From: Mytilus californianus
Lineage: Eukaryota
NCBI RefSeq assembly: GCF_021869535.1
Contig: NW_026262745.1
Span: 70,742,001 to 70,806,000, forward strand
DNA length: 64,000 bases
Reading direction: 5' to 3'
A program made the position numbers and the translations under genes. This document shows positions 48,944-64,000 of the stretch, piece after piece. Below the pieces are notes generated by a model. It had not been told where the DNA came from, ran no database searches, and saw nothing but the letters and a program-made list of their open reading frames with translations. Position 1 is the first letter of the stretch. Every line of letters starts with the position of its first letter.

Positions 48944-51900
48944 ATGTATTACTGAAGGTTTGTATCACAACTAATTTGTAACTTTTTGTTTTCTTAGTTT
49001 GTCAGATTATAAACGTATGATAGGGTATGCTTTTACGATTACGTCTATGTAAACTGTCAATTTAAAGATTGTAAAGAAAAAGATTTTCAAAATTGTGTAA
49101 GTAAAGTAAAATTATTATAATATCTGATCAAATAAATTTGATAAACAAAACAAATGCAAAAATTTAATCATTGAAATGGATTAGCCCTTCAAGAAAGAAA
49201 TAAATCTTCACTTTTTTTTATTCTTTTCAATTTGAATATGGCTTAAGTCATTTTAAGTCTTTTTGCATGATAACTGAATAGTGATTTGCAATGAGCATGC
49301 AGGCACAAATAGATATAAGAAGATGTGGTATGAGTGCCAATGAGACAACTTTCCATCCAAGTCAAAATTTAAAAAAAGTAAACCATTATAGGTCAAAGCC
49401 TACATTAGATAAAACTTGTTATTTTATAATTACTAATTTATTTTACGATTTGTTTGTAAAGTGGGTGTGTGTTACTTTAGAAAATTATATACAAGTACAG
49501 AGAAATACAGTTCCCACTGTAAACCAAAATGATTTAAATGATGTGGAAATTTATAGGTTAGTAGAGAGTTATATTATTATATGGAGGATTATTTAAGGAC
49601 AGATAATAAATAATTTATGAATTATCTTTGTCCTCAAAATTATTAATCTCTTTTAAGCTCACCTTGCCAAAAGGCATTTTCTGATCACCTGCAGTCTGTC
49701 ATCATAGTCATCCTTTGGTCTACAATCATCCGTTAACTTTCACAAAAATCTTCTCCTGTGATATAACTCGACCAATTGGAACCAAACTTCACCATATTAT
49801 CATCATTAGGGTACCTAATTCAACAAATGTGTTGAATAATCCTGTTTGCCAATCAACACGGCTGCCAAGGTTAAGTATATACCATATCGGTAAATTCAAG
49901 GTTTCTCTATTATTTTAAAAATGTTTTAGATAAAGGAAACTTGAAAGGGCATTCAAAAATTACAGAATATAAAGATCTACCAACTGTTTGTTAGGACAGA
50001 CATTTTAAAATGTCTTCTTATAGGTGGTTTTGCCTTTAAATTAAGAAATGCAATTTTGGTTTTTTTGGAAACTTTAATATACATTGTGGGGTTAAGTTAA
50101 ACTTTGGTTTCTGTAGACCAACTTTTAAAGTTTCAATTAAGGAGAAATCTTCTACTTTGAAATCTGTTTCATGCTAGTATGAATACTAACATTAGCAACG
50201 CTTTTTGTTTCTTCTAAGAAATAATAAGATACTCCGTTTATTGTGCATTAAAAGTTACACACCATTGATGGGACCATGTGTTCAACGTGTGGAGGTCACT
50301 GCTCAGAGTTTGAAAACACCCAGATATGTCATCAATTTGTTTGACAAGGGAAGTATCATCAGCAAACAGTTTAATATTGCTGATAATTCCATCTTTAATA
50401 TCATAAACATAGATAAGAAAACACAGTTTTGATTAAGACGAAAAAATTACATGGTTTGATAATACAAATAATTACCATCAAAACACAATTCTCTTTTTAA
50501 TTTCTTGTCATGGTTAGAAAATACATTATATAACACCATTACAAACTCAATCCCAATAGGTTGAGTATCCATAAAACAAGGTTCAACCCGATTTTTCTTA
50601 CAATGTCCTGTATGAAGTCATGAATATGGCAGTTGTTATCAAATAGTCCGTTTATATGTTTGATGGCGTTTTTTTTGTTGCAGTTCAGTGTGTCTGATGT
50701 TCCATTGATATCGCTTATAGTTGATGTGTTTCCCTCGGTTTTGGTTTTCGACCCGGATTTGTTTTCGCATTATCAATTTATGATTTTTGAACAGTAGTAT
50801 ACTACTATTGTCTTTATTCAAAAGAGATAAACTATGGAAATGATTCAAGGAGCAATAATCAACACATAATTAAAAGGAAAGCAATATAATCCTTCACTTT
50901 GTGTGTTTTTTTAGTATTGCATGTTTTTTGTTCTTCAAAATTAGAGTTTCACATATAACAAGATAAATTCCCGTGTTATTAATGTTGTTATTTTTTGATT
51001 AATTTTCTGCACAATACTGAATTGTCTTAGAGTAATTATATTCGATTAAAAATCAATGTGAATGGGATAGAGAATATCGTAACTTTACTGTCGGGGTGGA
51101 TGGAATACACGTTGTTTTGGAAATAATAACAATAAATTTTCCTCAGTCGAACCTCTTTTAGTTTGAATCATTAAACATTATTAGAAAAAGAACTACAATA
51201 TGATAAGATATCTTGATTACAACGAGTCATATGTGTTTGAACAAAAAAACTTACAGAACATTTAAGTACAGTTCAGTAAATAGCACATATCATATGGCCT
51301 TTTTAATATCACGAACATTGCTCGAGGGATTACAGAGGCAGATTTAGATGGGCCCAGGGTTCCCGCCCTCCTTTTGTGGAAAAAATGAGGTTGATTATAT
51401 AGGATATCACTAAAGCATGACTGTACCATGTTCCCTTTATGAAAATTTCTTGATCCGCCACTGGATAATATTGGTTGAGGGTTGATACGGTGTGGGATAT
51501 TGTAAAAAGTCATATACACTTCATAATATACTTCAAGTATATGTTGTTTTTATGTGACATGACAATATACAGATTAAGGGTTTGATAAAGCCTTTTCAAC
51601 AGTGACTGATATCGATGACGTAACGTCATACATATTAAAGGTGTGATAAAGCCTTTGCAACCATGACTGATATCGATATCATCACAGATGACTGATACAG
51701 CACGATAGCCACTGACCGTATTACATATACTATTTATCTGTATTTACTACGAAGTATATAATAAATACATGTATATGTGTACTATATTTGTATTATGTAA
51801 GAGACGCTTACCCTGCCAATGCATCTAGTATCGCTCCATTTGGATTTTAGATCGGTCCCTCAATTTATTTTTGTTTCCGTGAATTGTTTCTTCTTAATCA

Positions 51901-54742
51901 AATTTTATAAGTTACCTTTGATGTATTGATTTTCTTTTGCCTTGACAAAAACACTTAAGAGTTTATGTTTCTAAAACATAATATTGACATTCGGACTATT
52001 ATCATTCGTTATAAATAAACATAACGGAAAAACAAACTACGAAACATCAGCTAAAAAGTCACAGTAACCAAGGAAACGGGACGTGACCACTGTTTCGGAG
52101 TTTGTGAAGACGATAGAACATTTAATTTTTTTATTTATTTGATAACCGGGAGATAATTCAATATGATTCGTTTACATTCGGCCTAATGAACTAGCACGTT
52201 AAAAAAAACCGACTCACTTGTCTCCATGAAATGATGTCAATACATATTTTTTGGCGCTGCACAAGGTCTTCCGCTCTTGCACGTTGCTATTTTACTCTCA
52301 TTTCAATTAAACAAAGAGACGCAGTTCAAAAACTAATCGTGCACACCTTCTTTAATACATTTTATACCAGGATGTATTCTTTATTTATAATTCTTCTACA
52401 TATCAGAAAATAATTATGTTTAGCTCTCCTTCAATTTAAAGAAGTGGGTATCCGTGTAGTTGCATTTTATTTTTGCGTACTTACAAACTAGTTTTAACTC
52501 GGGTAATAGGAATGGTCTTTGGTGCTGTTAAATGACTAGTATCTCTTCGGTGATGATTTGCCCTTCATGTTTTATTTCAAGTTATAAGTTATAAGTTCGT
52601 AGTTTGTTCAATTCATAGATATGTCGATTAATTTAGAAGTTACGCAGTGTGTACATGTATCTTAGTCATCCGTTGAAACCTGATGTCACTATTTAACAAT
52701 GGCTTTGGTTTTGCTCGTATCTGCTGAAAAAAGTAAAATCACAAAAATACTGAACTACGAAGAAATTCAAAACGGAAAGTCCCTAATCAAATGGCAAAAT
52801 CAAATGCTCAAACACATCAAACGAATGGATAACAACTGTTATATTCCTGACTTGGCACATGCATTTTCCCATATAGAAAAGTGTTTACTTTGACAGCGAT
52901 CTATAAGTTATTAATCTTGAAGAACTACAAGGTATGGATCTTTGAAAACGGTAAAAGAAAAACGATAGATTCCAAATGGATCATGCAATGGTTAAGCTTC
53001 TATTAATAATCACACGATTCTACACATTCGTTTTTCTAATAGAATCATTAAGATTTCTTTAAATGTTCACATAATGATATAAATAAAGGCAATAGTAATA
53101 TACCACTTTTAAAAATTCATTAATCGATTAAGGGAAAACAAATGAGAGTTAGAAACTAGTACGTAATTCGAGAGAAAATATATCAACCAAACAAATTGCA
53201 CCAGAAAAAATAGGGACATAGAATTGAAGCAAAAGTTATTAAACTGGATTGTCTTATTCCTCATAATTTACAAAACAGAGGGTTTGAAAGGACGCTTTTT
53301 AAATTTTTAATTCAACAAATGACATGCATAAGCATATACAATGTAAAATCTGTAAAGTACATTAACAAAATCATTGAAAGATGAGACATACAATGTGCTG
53401 TCTTCAAATTTCATATAATATAAATATAACATACGCATGTCTATGCTCAAATCAATATTTCGATACGTACCGGAAACATCTATTTAGTACGTTATTTTAT
53501 GACAGTGATAATTTGGGTAGGAATCTGGAGAATCATACTTTTCATCAAACAATTATTGTATATTGACGATTTACGATTAACAGTTTAGATTATTCAATTG
53601 GAATTGGAGCAAATTTTAGGAAAATTAATAGGTTGACAATTACCGATGCAGTTAGGTTCATACGGCGAGTTGCGTTCGTATGCCATTGTTTTTGAAATAA
53701 TGTATTGATACATGTTTATTGTTCTTTAACGTAAAGCGTAAGATTCATAGTGTCTATTCGGTTGAAATCCGAAATATGATTATTAGTCAGTACTGGATTA
53801 ACAACAAGAATATATATAGAAAATAAAGAAAACTTGAAAAAAACTCTTTGCGTTTTTAAATTCAAATTTTTCAGAAGCCGAATTTACCCCAGTGGATAAC
53901 TATTAAATTTGACTGGAAGACGAATGAAGCATTTAATTCATTGCTAAGCCTTGAAAGAGCGATTCAGGTTAAAATGGCCTTTTAATCTCACAATTGGTTT
54001 ACTAGTGACCTTAATGTATATCTCTTACAAGCAAATAATTACCAGATGGATTTGATAGGGATATATATATCTCCAACTTGATCTGTGTAAAGTATGGAAC
54101 TTGTCATTATTATGATATAGTTGAAGAAAACATGAAATTGACAATTTTATTAGATTTTAACGGGAATTTTTTTTTAAATTCAAATAAGAACACCATTATA
54201 TTACTTTAACAAGTTTTGTTAGTACAAAAAGTATCCCTCATTTTATCATAATCCATTTCATTATAAAACGACCCATTTAACGTACAATAAGATGTCAAGA
54301 TTTCATATTTGATCAGAAAAAGCGATCATCTATAAATTCTCACCAGTAGCTGAAATGAAAAGCAAAAGCAAAATTAATATGGTACACAAAAAACTTATAT
54401 CGGAGGCGATACTTTTTTGTATAAAAAAGGGGCGAAAGATACCAGAGGGACATTCAAACTCATAGATCGAAAATAAACTGACAACGCCAAGGTTAAAAAA
54501 GAAAAAGACAAACAGACATATAAAGCTTCATATTTCAGAAGTTAAAATACTTTATCTCTATGTTTTGTGCATATTTTTTTTTTCTCAATGTTCAAACATT
54601 GTTTCTCAGATACTATAAGCAGAATGCTAACAATATTTGTTGTTTGAAAGTGTTCGATATATATGCATATCTGGCAAGTTTAATCTGTCATTAGACTTAT
54701 TTCTATTGTTAATAAGTTTTTGGAGTATGCCTTATTTCTTAT

Positions 54743-55192
54743 AGGTTGCACTTTGTAAATACAGCTGTTTCATAAACCACGCCTCTTTTGGGGAGATACA
54801 TAATATTCATAGATATTTTCTTTTGTTTACGTACTGGTTCCCAGATATAATCTCTATGTCTCATCTCAAAGAGACATAACTTGGGAAAGTTACCAGTATA
54901 AATGCAAATGGACGACAGTGGAATTGAATTCTGAGTAAGACATTAAGTGAAGGGAGTGGTAGTGCAGCATTTTAGTATAAGTTGAAACTCTTAGAAGTTC
55001 GGGCCATATAAATGTTGAAAATATGCCGCACAGCCCTATATTTTGACCTTTGAATAAAAAAGTAGTGCATATTAACTTTCCATTCTAGGCTATAATTGTT
55101 AACAAAACTGCATAGTAACAGTGATCCAATTTTAGCCGTAAACGGAGTTCTTATGGGAAATTGTATTGTCTATATTTACAGGAATGTAACCT
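54743..55192. mobile_element. Second (inverted) copy of the AGGTTGCA-TIR MITE
   Basis: aggttgcactttgtaaatacagctg ... tatatttacaggaatgtaacct; reverse-complement homolog of 35335-35792. Confidence 0.7.
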
Positions 55193-57057
55193 AAATACAA
55201 TAATTAATAGGTTCACTACATATTGTATATGATATTATTGTAAAGTGTACATGTCTGCCTGACAGGTTCCATCTGATCTTGACCTTGTTTATAGGTCAAT
55301 GAACAGTGTTTGTTGTCTAGTATGCTTTTCTGATACTGTGGAAATATTTTCTTCATAGATACCAATTTTCCTGGTTTGAGGAAAACTTATATTTTCTCAA
55401 ATATTTGACTTTGTGGAACTGACAAAGTCTGTTTACAAGCCTTTTGAAAGTATGTTCTTCGGCGGACATTTAAATTACAAGTTTTACTATGTCAACGAAA
55501 TCCACGAAAATTGGTATACTACAGTACTGTATTCTGATAATATACATGATAAATGGTGTATTGAAACAACTTTATTTGGTGTATGGATAGTTGCAAGATG
55601 CACATGTTTTTCTTGTTGGCTTTTTCTTACCTTGACCCCATTTTTACTGTTCTTTGATTAAAGCAAGGTTTCTCGATTTTATGTCTGTTACTCTTATACC
55701 GTATGCAATATGTCAACTATATAAAGTATATGAAAGGATGGTCTCATTATTGGGTAATGGAATGAATTGAATATTTGATGATAATTATAACTATGTGTTT
55801 TAGTGAATAAATGGACAACTATGTGTTATACATGTTATATATAAAACAGGAAGGACCTACAGTACGGAAGTAGTTCAGTTCAACGTAGATTTTTTCGTGT
55901 CACTTTTTTTGTTATATCCGTAAATATATGGTACAGGTACAGTTATATTTTATTGATGTTATGGCTAGGGTTGGTTTCAATCATTAATTGGAGTGATAAA
56001 CCATTTCTACAAAGAATTAACCATCAGTATAAGAAATAAAAAAAACAATTTATTGACGTAGAACCCTAATATTTCTGGGTGTTTTATTTGAGAATCTATA
56101 AAATATATCAACCACACACATGGTTTCTGTTTTAGAACTGTAATGGTTTTAATGATACCTTTCTGAAACAGTTCTAGAAAGGAGTCAAAAGAGAAACAAC
56201 AAAATCTGTCTCAATTGAAACTCTTGGGGACTTTAGATTGTGCTTTGTTATGGCAAACATTCGGTTACACTAGGTTCACAACATATACAGTTTGATATGC
56301 CTGGGCTTAAAATCATGAATGGTTTAGACAGGTTTCCGGTTTTTGCAAGATTCAATTTACACATATTTCACTTTATACATTTTGTTTTCGTATGAAGTAA
56401 AAAGTGTGCATTTAAATTGGCAAAGAGAAGAGAGAAGAGAAATTAAATGAATGTTTTTGTGTGAAAATTGCCGAAAAATTGTAAGATACTTTTTTCAGAA
56501 CCTTAGTTATACATGTTATATGCAGGAGACTGTTGGTCTAATAACGAAAAAAGAGAAACATAAGCGCCCAATTACTACAAAAAAAACCATTTACGGTATA
56601 ACAAAACAGGAAGTGATTGCAGATCGAAAAATATGAAATACATTACAACTTATCATAAACAATTTTCAGATGAATTATCACATCATACTGTAACACAAAA
56701 GTAAAATGGAACTAATAACATTCATGCTCAGTCAGTAAAATAAACATTTAAAGTGTCGTCAAGCAGAAAGAGGATTGACAAAAATATCATCTTTTACCAC
56801 TACGGCGTGTCAGTCCAAGTATTAACTTTTTTCTACACACAAAAGCAAAGCCACGAGCGTCAAGGTGATAGCAGTATACCACTCGCTCAGTGAATGGGGT
56901 CGAGGTTGTTGTTTTTCGGACAAAAAACGACTGCAAAGGACAATTCTGAAAAGAATCACGTTCACTGCAACTAAAATGTGTAAAGCAAAAGTGTTTATAT
57001 TGAATTGAAACTGACAAAGAAAACACTGGTACTTTAATATATCAAGATACTTTTTAT

Positions 57058-59718
57058 TCATATTCTACGTATCATTAACGTTGTTGATTTTAACGAATAG
57101 TTGTATCCTCTCCAACAAGGCCATACCATTCCTTTAGATTTGAGTTTGGTTTCGCCTTTAAGATAGGCTCCGTTTAGATTTGATTGATAACACTTGTTAT
57201 ACCAGTATCCTCCATTGTAAGAATTCGCACAGTTGATGTGGTGGTTATCATTGTCCTGGTCGGTAGTCGAGAAAAGAATGCCATTATGACCAGATAAGCA
57301 ATCTCCTGTAACAGACGAATTTCAAACTGTAAGACTGCATTCAAATCTTACTGCATGTTCATTTTACCTTTGCTTTTTGTCCGTTTAATTTTTAAAAAAG
57401 TGGTCATAGTTTCCACTGCAGAAGTTGTTTTCCAGTTTTAAGGTTGATGGGAAAAGGAAATAATTACTGTGTAGAATAAACTCAAGCAAGTTGAACGATC
57501 ACTGTGTTTTGTTCGGAGTCTGACTATAATATTTACCGCGTGCATACATGTACATGGATTTATAGAACAAGGCATTATGTTGATGATGGTACGCTTCATG
57601 TGCAGGGCACCTTAAACGCATTTTCAGCACGATCATATGTTTATGTAATATGTTTGTGTTATATGAATATTAGAGCAATACGCTGAGCCAGATGTTTATT
57701 CTGTCAGTGTACAAGGTAAAACTCCACAGGAAGACATTTATTTTATTGATTTTGTATTTACATTGTGTCATAGATCAAATTTATTCGTTCAGTGTATGTT
57801 CTCTTCTGTTAATGTGTCTTTTGATTGAGTTTAGCCATTTCAATTTATATTTTAGAGTGTGTCTTTTTTATGTTGTAGTGTTACACTATTGTTTCAGATA
57901 AGGGCGAAGGTTAGTACCTATTAAAAAGTTTAAACACGATGCAATTGTTTGCACATGTCATTTTTGGGGACCTTTATAGAAGCTGTTCGGTGTTAGCCAA
58001 GGCTCCGTGTTGAAGACCGTACTTTGACCTATAATGGTTTACTTTTACAAATTGTGACTTGGATTAGAGAGTTGTCTCATTGGCACTCTTACCACATCTT
58101 CGTATATCTATGTAAGAAAGCATGATTATGAAATTAATAACCAGTCATTTCTGAGGCGTTATGGTACCGAACTTTGCCACATAAGTTGTAAATGTTAACA
58201 GTTTTTATATGTGTGTTTTTTTAATTTTTTTATTTGTTTATTTTTGTGAGTAGTTTTTCTTCATCAACTGAAATTTTTGAGATACACAAAATTTACTCGT
58301 TTATCAAATAGGAAAGTTATTGTTTAAACATTTTTAAGTTTTTATCTGGCTTTTGGGCATTTTTTTTTTCTTTTTCAGTTAAACCCAAATTGCTTGGTCT
58401 TTTTATTCCATAGACGGGAACATTCTAAACAGCGCACTACAGTAATGGAAATGTAATATGATTTATTGTAAGTACATACTAGTACCTGCATTTCCACTAT
58501 AACCACTAATTGTCAGTTTGTATTTTGATTTTGCATCTCCAACTGAAAACTTCCTATATAAAGCATATCTGGCCTCTCCGTCGAAATCCGCAAGATCTAT
58601 TCTTAATTCAAAGTTACCTCCGGAAGTTAAAATATGCATTTTCTCATTACCTAGAAACGAAACATATTCACGATAAATAATAAGCATGAACAAATAATGT
58701 ACAAAATACAATGAATTTACATTAATGATCAAGATTAAATTACATGAATTAAGATACCTGAAACAAGAACACTTAAACCTGTAAGACATAAAAAATCCTA
58801 TATGAATATATAATGAAAAAGGAATTCCAGAAAGTCAAAACTAACATCTATTTAGGACGGTTTATGTTCATTTTATTCTATTTTAATACAACACTATAAC
58901 ATATTCTCTAAGCTATCATTAAAGGGTCACATAACAAAATAGTATTTGAAAAAAACCAAACCCAATTTGAGGAAAGTGTTTAATAAAAATTACACTTTTA
59001 GTATGAACCTACCAAGCCAGTGTTCTCCTTTAAAATTACCAAACCCGTGTTCATATTCTTTCCAGGTTCTGTTGAAATCTATTTTTCAATTAAATCGTCT
59101 TTGAATAACCTGAATAAAATACCAACGTCACGTAATAGATACATATCAAGTGAATAGATTGTTTTGTCTGTTGAGTATCTTGGTATATTATCTCACGAAG
59201 GAGTCACTGATAACAGCTACTGTGGTATTTTGTTCTGTCCGTTGTTTTTGATAATTACTTTTATACTTTTATAGATAAATATTATACTTTCATAGAGGAA
59301 GTAAAGTATATTTGTACACATGTGTCTTTTCTATTGCATACTAACTGACCGGTTGTTGAACTGTTGAACTGAAGAAAGCATTCGATCCAACTTTACAGAA
59401 TGTTATGCATTATTGATAATATTAAAGACAATGTAATTATTAACATGATTAACGTTTTTATGTGTTATTCAACAGTAAAAAATATTCATTAATTGTTTGG
59501 AATCTACGACGCACAATTATATCCAAATAAATCGTTTCTTAAGAAACGTTTGTTTGTTTTTTGAACGTTTTATATATTTAAACTCATTGTCCAAGCTTTG
59601 CCTTGATTGGTCAGTTTACAGTAAACGTCAAATGGTTTTAGCCCTGGCGGGAAGATCGTATAAACTCCACTTTTACAATGTGCTGGGTCTATCTCTCCAC
59701 AGTCTTTAGGTTTGGCAA
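57058..59718 (-). pseudogene. Fibrinogen-related domain (FReD; ficolin/angiopoietin-like) gene, exons 59718-59588, 59109-59013, 58650-58486, 57305-57058; disabled
   Basis: Exons encode PKDCGEI...SGVYTIFP...FDVYC...AWT | VIQRRFN*KIDFNRTWKEYEHGFGNFKGEHWLG | NEKMHILT...ELRIDLADF...YRKFSVGD...YKLTISGYSGNAG | DCLSGHNGILFSTTDQDND...CA...GGYWYNKCYQSNLNG...YSLKSTTLMIRRI*. There is an in-frame TGA at 59088-86, and the first donor reads ATGAGT instead of GTGAGT. Confidence 0.88.
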
Positions 59719-62700
59719 CTAAAAGGTTAAATGTTATTGACAGTTTAATAGGTTTGATAGTTCTTTGTGTATTTTCAATTACAAAAGATTTCATTCATAT
59801 TACTTTTTACAAATACTTGCGTATGAAATTTTAAACATAACTTGTTTAAAGCGTTTTAGCTTGATAAAAAATATTTGAATTTAAACATTTTGTCAATTTT
59901 CATATTAGCAGAAGGTACAACTTTTGGAAGAACAATTAGAACATGTATATAATAATATGATTGTGTTCTTCATAATAAGAAACAATTATTACTATTTGCA
60001 ACATCTTGCGTATTATATTTTTATTTAACAAAAAAGTGTTTAAAGCGCTTTATCTTTGTAAAACTTAAACGGTTTGTAATTTGCATATAAGATGTAGGTA
60101 CAATTTTAGAGAAAACAATTACAACATGTATCTAATAATATGAATGTTTTCGTCATAAGACTGGTACATAAATTTTTACATTACCTTCTGAATATCAAAA
60201 GTAGACGATCGTTAAACTTTGAAGCGAAATACAAATAAGAATTCGATAATGGCATGTTTAAGCTTTTTGAAATCAAGTAGTAATGTTCAGACGTCATCGA
60301 GTGTATATTAATACATATTTAAATTTAATGATCGATTTTAATTTGTTGGCAGAAAACATTCTTGTTGGCAACTTTTCTAAAAAAAAATGCATGCAAAAGC
60401 CACATAAATAGCTCCGTTGTTTTAAAACAGAGTCATTTGTGTTTTTTTTTTATTTGTTGTTATATCGAAATAAGGTAAAACAAATGGTGTTATCGCTAAT
60501 GACAAACTATCCTTAAAGAGACAAATTGACATGGATATAAGTAACTGCTTGTCACCATACGACTTTAACAATATCAAAACCATGCCACGTGGTATAAGTT
60601 ATTAAAGGCTTCAAAATGACAAAATGTAAATCATTTCCTAAAAAAAACCAACAACCCGTTTAATTATAATTTGATGAACGAAAAGAAACCCTGACTTGGG
60701 ACATGCATATACAAAATATGGCAGGATTAAATATTTAACGCGCAGCAAACTCGCCCTAATGGGACAATGGTGTAGCTGAAAACACTTGGGCCAAAATGCA
60801 TAAGATATCAATTTAGGAGTGCTTCAAGTTATTGAAAAGTATGTCAAAGCCATTTATAACTAATGAATGAATCACTCATCTTTTCATTTACAAAATTATC
60901 AAGTGTAAAATAAGTCCGACCTCGCGCAATGCCATACTTTTAAGTAATAGAAATTTAGAACCATAAGTGGTCATACGTGTATAGCAATATACATATCTAC
61001 CGAATATATTTATATTTATTATCAAGAAAATCAAAGTACCGACCAAAATATATTCAAATATCACTATGTAAAAAAGAAAATACTGCATACAACGGCAAGC
61101 TTAAAAAATTGTCCTACCTGGACACCAGTTATTGATAAAATTTCCTCGTCCATGTTAACACCTTTCTGTGAAAATTTGTTTGTAGAATGATTATTTCATA
61201 ACTCTGAAGAGAGACTTCGATTATCTCACAAAAGTTATATTAGATGTTTTTTTTTTTGGCATTTTGTTTTAAGTCTTCACATATTTGTTTTGAAACTTGG
61301 TTATCTGCAGTTTACTAGAAAACATCTGAATTCAAAATGAATATTGTGAAGAGTTGTCTCATTTGCAATAATACCACATCTTCTTTTTTATATGTAAATT
61401 TAACAAACAAACAGTTAATTTTATGTATTCTTGATACGCAAGATATTGAACTTATTTATGAATCATGTCGCTAACGTGACTTTCTCTTTTAAACATTTTT
61501 CAAACCTAAATTAACAAATGATGTGTTTCTGTTGACATTAGAATATTTGTTGTTCCTTTTTAGTGTTATTTATAGATTAACAGAATTTTGTAACTAGTTG
61601 TTATCTTACCGTTAACTGCAAAATAAACCTTATACAACTCCAGGTTTTTTTTTATCATCATGTTGAAACCCGTCATAATAACTTCAGAATATTTCATTAA
61701 GCACGACGGATAATTATTCATCTTTATAATTTTATCAATTATTTACTCAAACATTATTATTATTGAACTAGCATATGTTTATGTTTCCTTATATTGTAAA
61801 CTTGATATTTAATTGTGGATGAAGTTCGTTTAATATCTTGAGAAATGTTCCTACTCTGCGAATTTGTTGTGGTAACGATGACAACAAAAGTTGTAATCGG
61901 AATATTTTCGATAAGAACATTTTGCTGAATGGTACATGCATTTCGGGAACAATCTACCATTGTGAACTGTAGAAAAGTGTTGACTGTTTTATTGATTTTG
62001 TAATTTGATAATGTAACATGTGTTTCTATGCATGTTTCTCTGACTATACACTGTACAATGTGTTACATTTTTCCCAGGAGAATGTAAAACATCTATAGTA
62101 AGGTAGTTGGATTACATATCATCAAATTTGCATTTTTTCATCGATTGTACAGTGCAAATTAACAGTACAGTAACATTATAATTTGATTTTGATAGGACAG
62201 TCGAACATTTGTTGAACGCTGGTTTGTTACATATTTGTATGTGTATTAATGTTTGTATGTTCAAAATAATTCTATGATTTACAAATATATACCTTCAATC
62301 GTTTTTCTTTTTGTACATATATACAGTCCATTCTCAATTTGAGACATTCCAAAATGAATTACAAGTCTGTGATATATATTAAATAATCTATTTTGAAATG
62401 CGTCACACAATTTGATAATCATCAAATTAATTTGGACTTTTTTTCGGAAAATGCAGTAGTAACGTAAGTTTTTTTGATGACCCATCTTACCTGTTGATTT
62501 GGGGTTAAAAGTCTTTTGAATCATATATAGAAAATAAGTCACAAGACATTTTTTTTTGAAGTTTCATGATATTATGTGTATTTAGGTCATACAATGTATA
62601 TGAAGTAAATATCAATGGCATTTTGTATGTTTATCGTCTTGAACTCGACATATTTGGGAAAATTTATGAAATATTTCATCTCAAAAACGAAAGAACTGTA

Positions 62701-64000
62701 CTTTCGAAAGTTTTTCAGCTGCTACCTAGTTGAAATATAAAAAGTGAAATAACAAACTTAAAGATTAAAAGTAATATTATATCTTAATATTTAAGAACAA
62801 ATATAACACTACGACAATTGATAAGCCAGTGAGTAGATTGAAACTAGTTTCCTTAACATGAAAATATTCATTTGACTTATTCATTCACATAGAAGTAATC
62901 TCTAATACTAATTCTCTGTAAGGACCATACTTTTTGAATAGGAGCTTAGAAATGTATGTTCTTAGAATTCAGTCATACTTTGTTAAATTACTCATCTCAT
63001 CATAAAACATTACTGGAAGACATTTTTCTTGGAAAAACTTTGTGCGTTACCATGGTTACGGGAGCCAATAACTTTCGGCTCTGTTTTATACCTTTTTAAG
63101 TGAAAACGACCATTTTCCAGTCTCAAATCAAACCAAACAACTAAATATTGAACGAAATGTTTTCCCATTTATGCATTATATACTTTATTTGTAATATTTT
63201 TACTACATCTCATTCCTTCCAGTTAAGCACATTCTCAAGAAAAAAATCGCACGAACATGTGCTAATTTCAGAAGATTTACAATTTCAGAATTTTGCATTT
63301 TTTGGCTTTATTTAATCTAACTTTACTAAAATTTGTATTTTGTTCCCTTAGTAGGTATATCATGAATAAATTCAGAAAAAAATAAGTGAGGTCTCGCTGG
63401 ACAACCCATTACAAATCATGCTTAAAAAAGCATGAATTGGTATTTGGTCAAATTTGGCCAATACAACCAAGATCTTTATTGTCAATTTGTTTTAACAATT
63501 GCTCATACAAACGATCAGTAGTTATATGGATCACTGTGTGGTATTCAACTTAAAAAAAATCAAAATGAAAGGAATTCTTTAATTTTGTGTGCATATCAAC
63601 AAATTGTTACCACAGTAACAAACATTTTTTAAAAATTCAAGTAATTTATATGAATGATAAAGAGAAAAATACATAAAGATATCTATGAATGAAATTTGTT
63701 TATCACCATACCAACCATACTAACTTAAATTTTAAATTTTTTGTTTCCCATGATTTTTCCCTTCAATCTTCATCAGATTCTCTCTGATCATGTTTGTTAA
63801 ACAGAACTTGACAAACAGGTGACTTCAAAAAGGCAAAAAAAACTTCTTACTCTTCTAAAAAATCTGAGTTTAACTACTTTTTGATAGGATATAGTTGCGG
63901 ATCTATATTTTGATAGTTTTTTTGTGTAGTGCCCACCATTAAGTAATATGTTTTCTTTGGGTTTTTTTAAATGACTAATTTGCTGATGTTTTTTTTAAGA

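Noticed and set aside
61790-61966. Cys-rich, possibly PAN-like upstream exon of the FReD gene
   Set aside because: An acceptor is present, but a coherent domain needs a frameshift and stops follow; I could not link it to the FReD exons.
1837-63990. The many 60-120 aa ORFs in the track, including antisense ORFs over real genes (605-907, 1277-1468, 19886-20326)
   Set aside because: They are low-complexity, repeat-derived or shadow ORFs with no recognisable domains. No CRISPR arrays, rRNA or intact tRNA genes were seen.

Overview
This is AT-rich, intron-rich eukaryotic DNA. The repeat families and genes suggest a bivalve mollusc, probably Mytilus-like (inference, no database search). From left to right it holds: (1) a TTC22-like TPR gene on the minus strand, with a frameshift near 495 that hides a C-terminus running off the window edge; (2) minisatellites, SINEs and Helentron/HINE-like repeats; (3) a complete ~11 kb PIF/Harbinger transposon at 14260-25244, with TIR GGGCGTGTTTT and TSD CTT; (4) a five-exon MAT2B gene (28654-47621, +); (5) a fibrinogen-related (FReD) pseudogene on the minus strand (57058-59718). 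The Harbinger encodes a spliced intact DDE transposase, a spliced zinc-finger+Myb/SANT partner, and an unexpected third F-box/LRR exon whose splice phase matches the partner gene. The 13.7 kb fourth intron of MAT2B holds three same-strand, phase-0 exons that encode a BET-like bromodomain and could splice in frame into MAT2B. The two strongest candidates for an undescribed system are the F-box-carrying Harbinger and the MAT2B/bromodomain arrangement. All splice models were read by eye from splice signals and reading phase and need RNA evidence.
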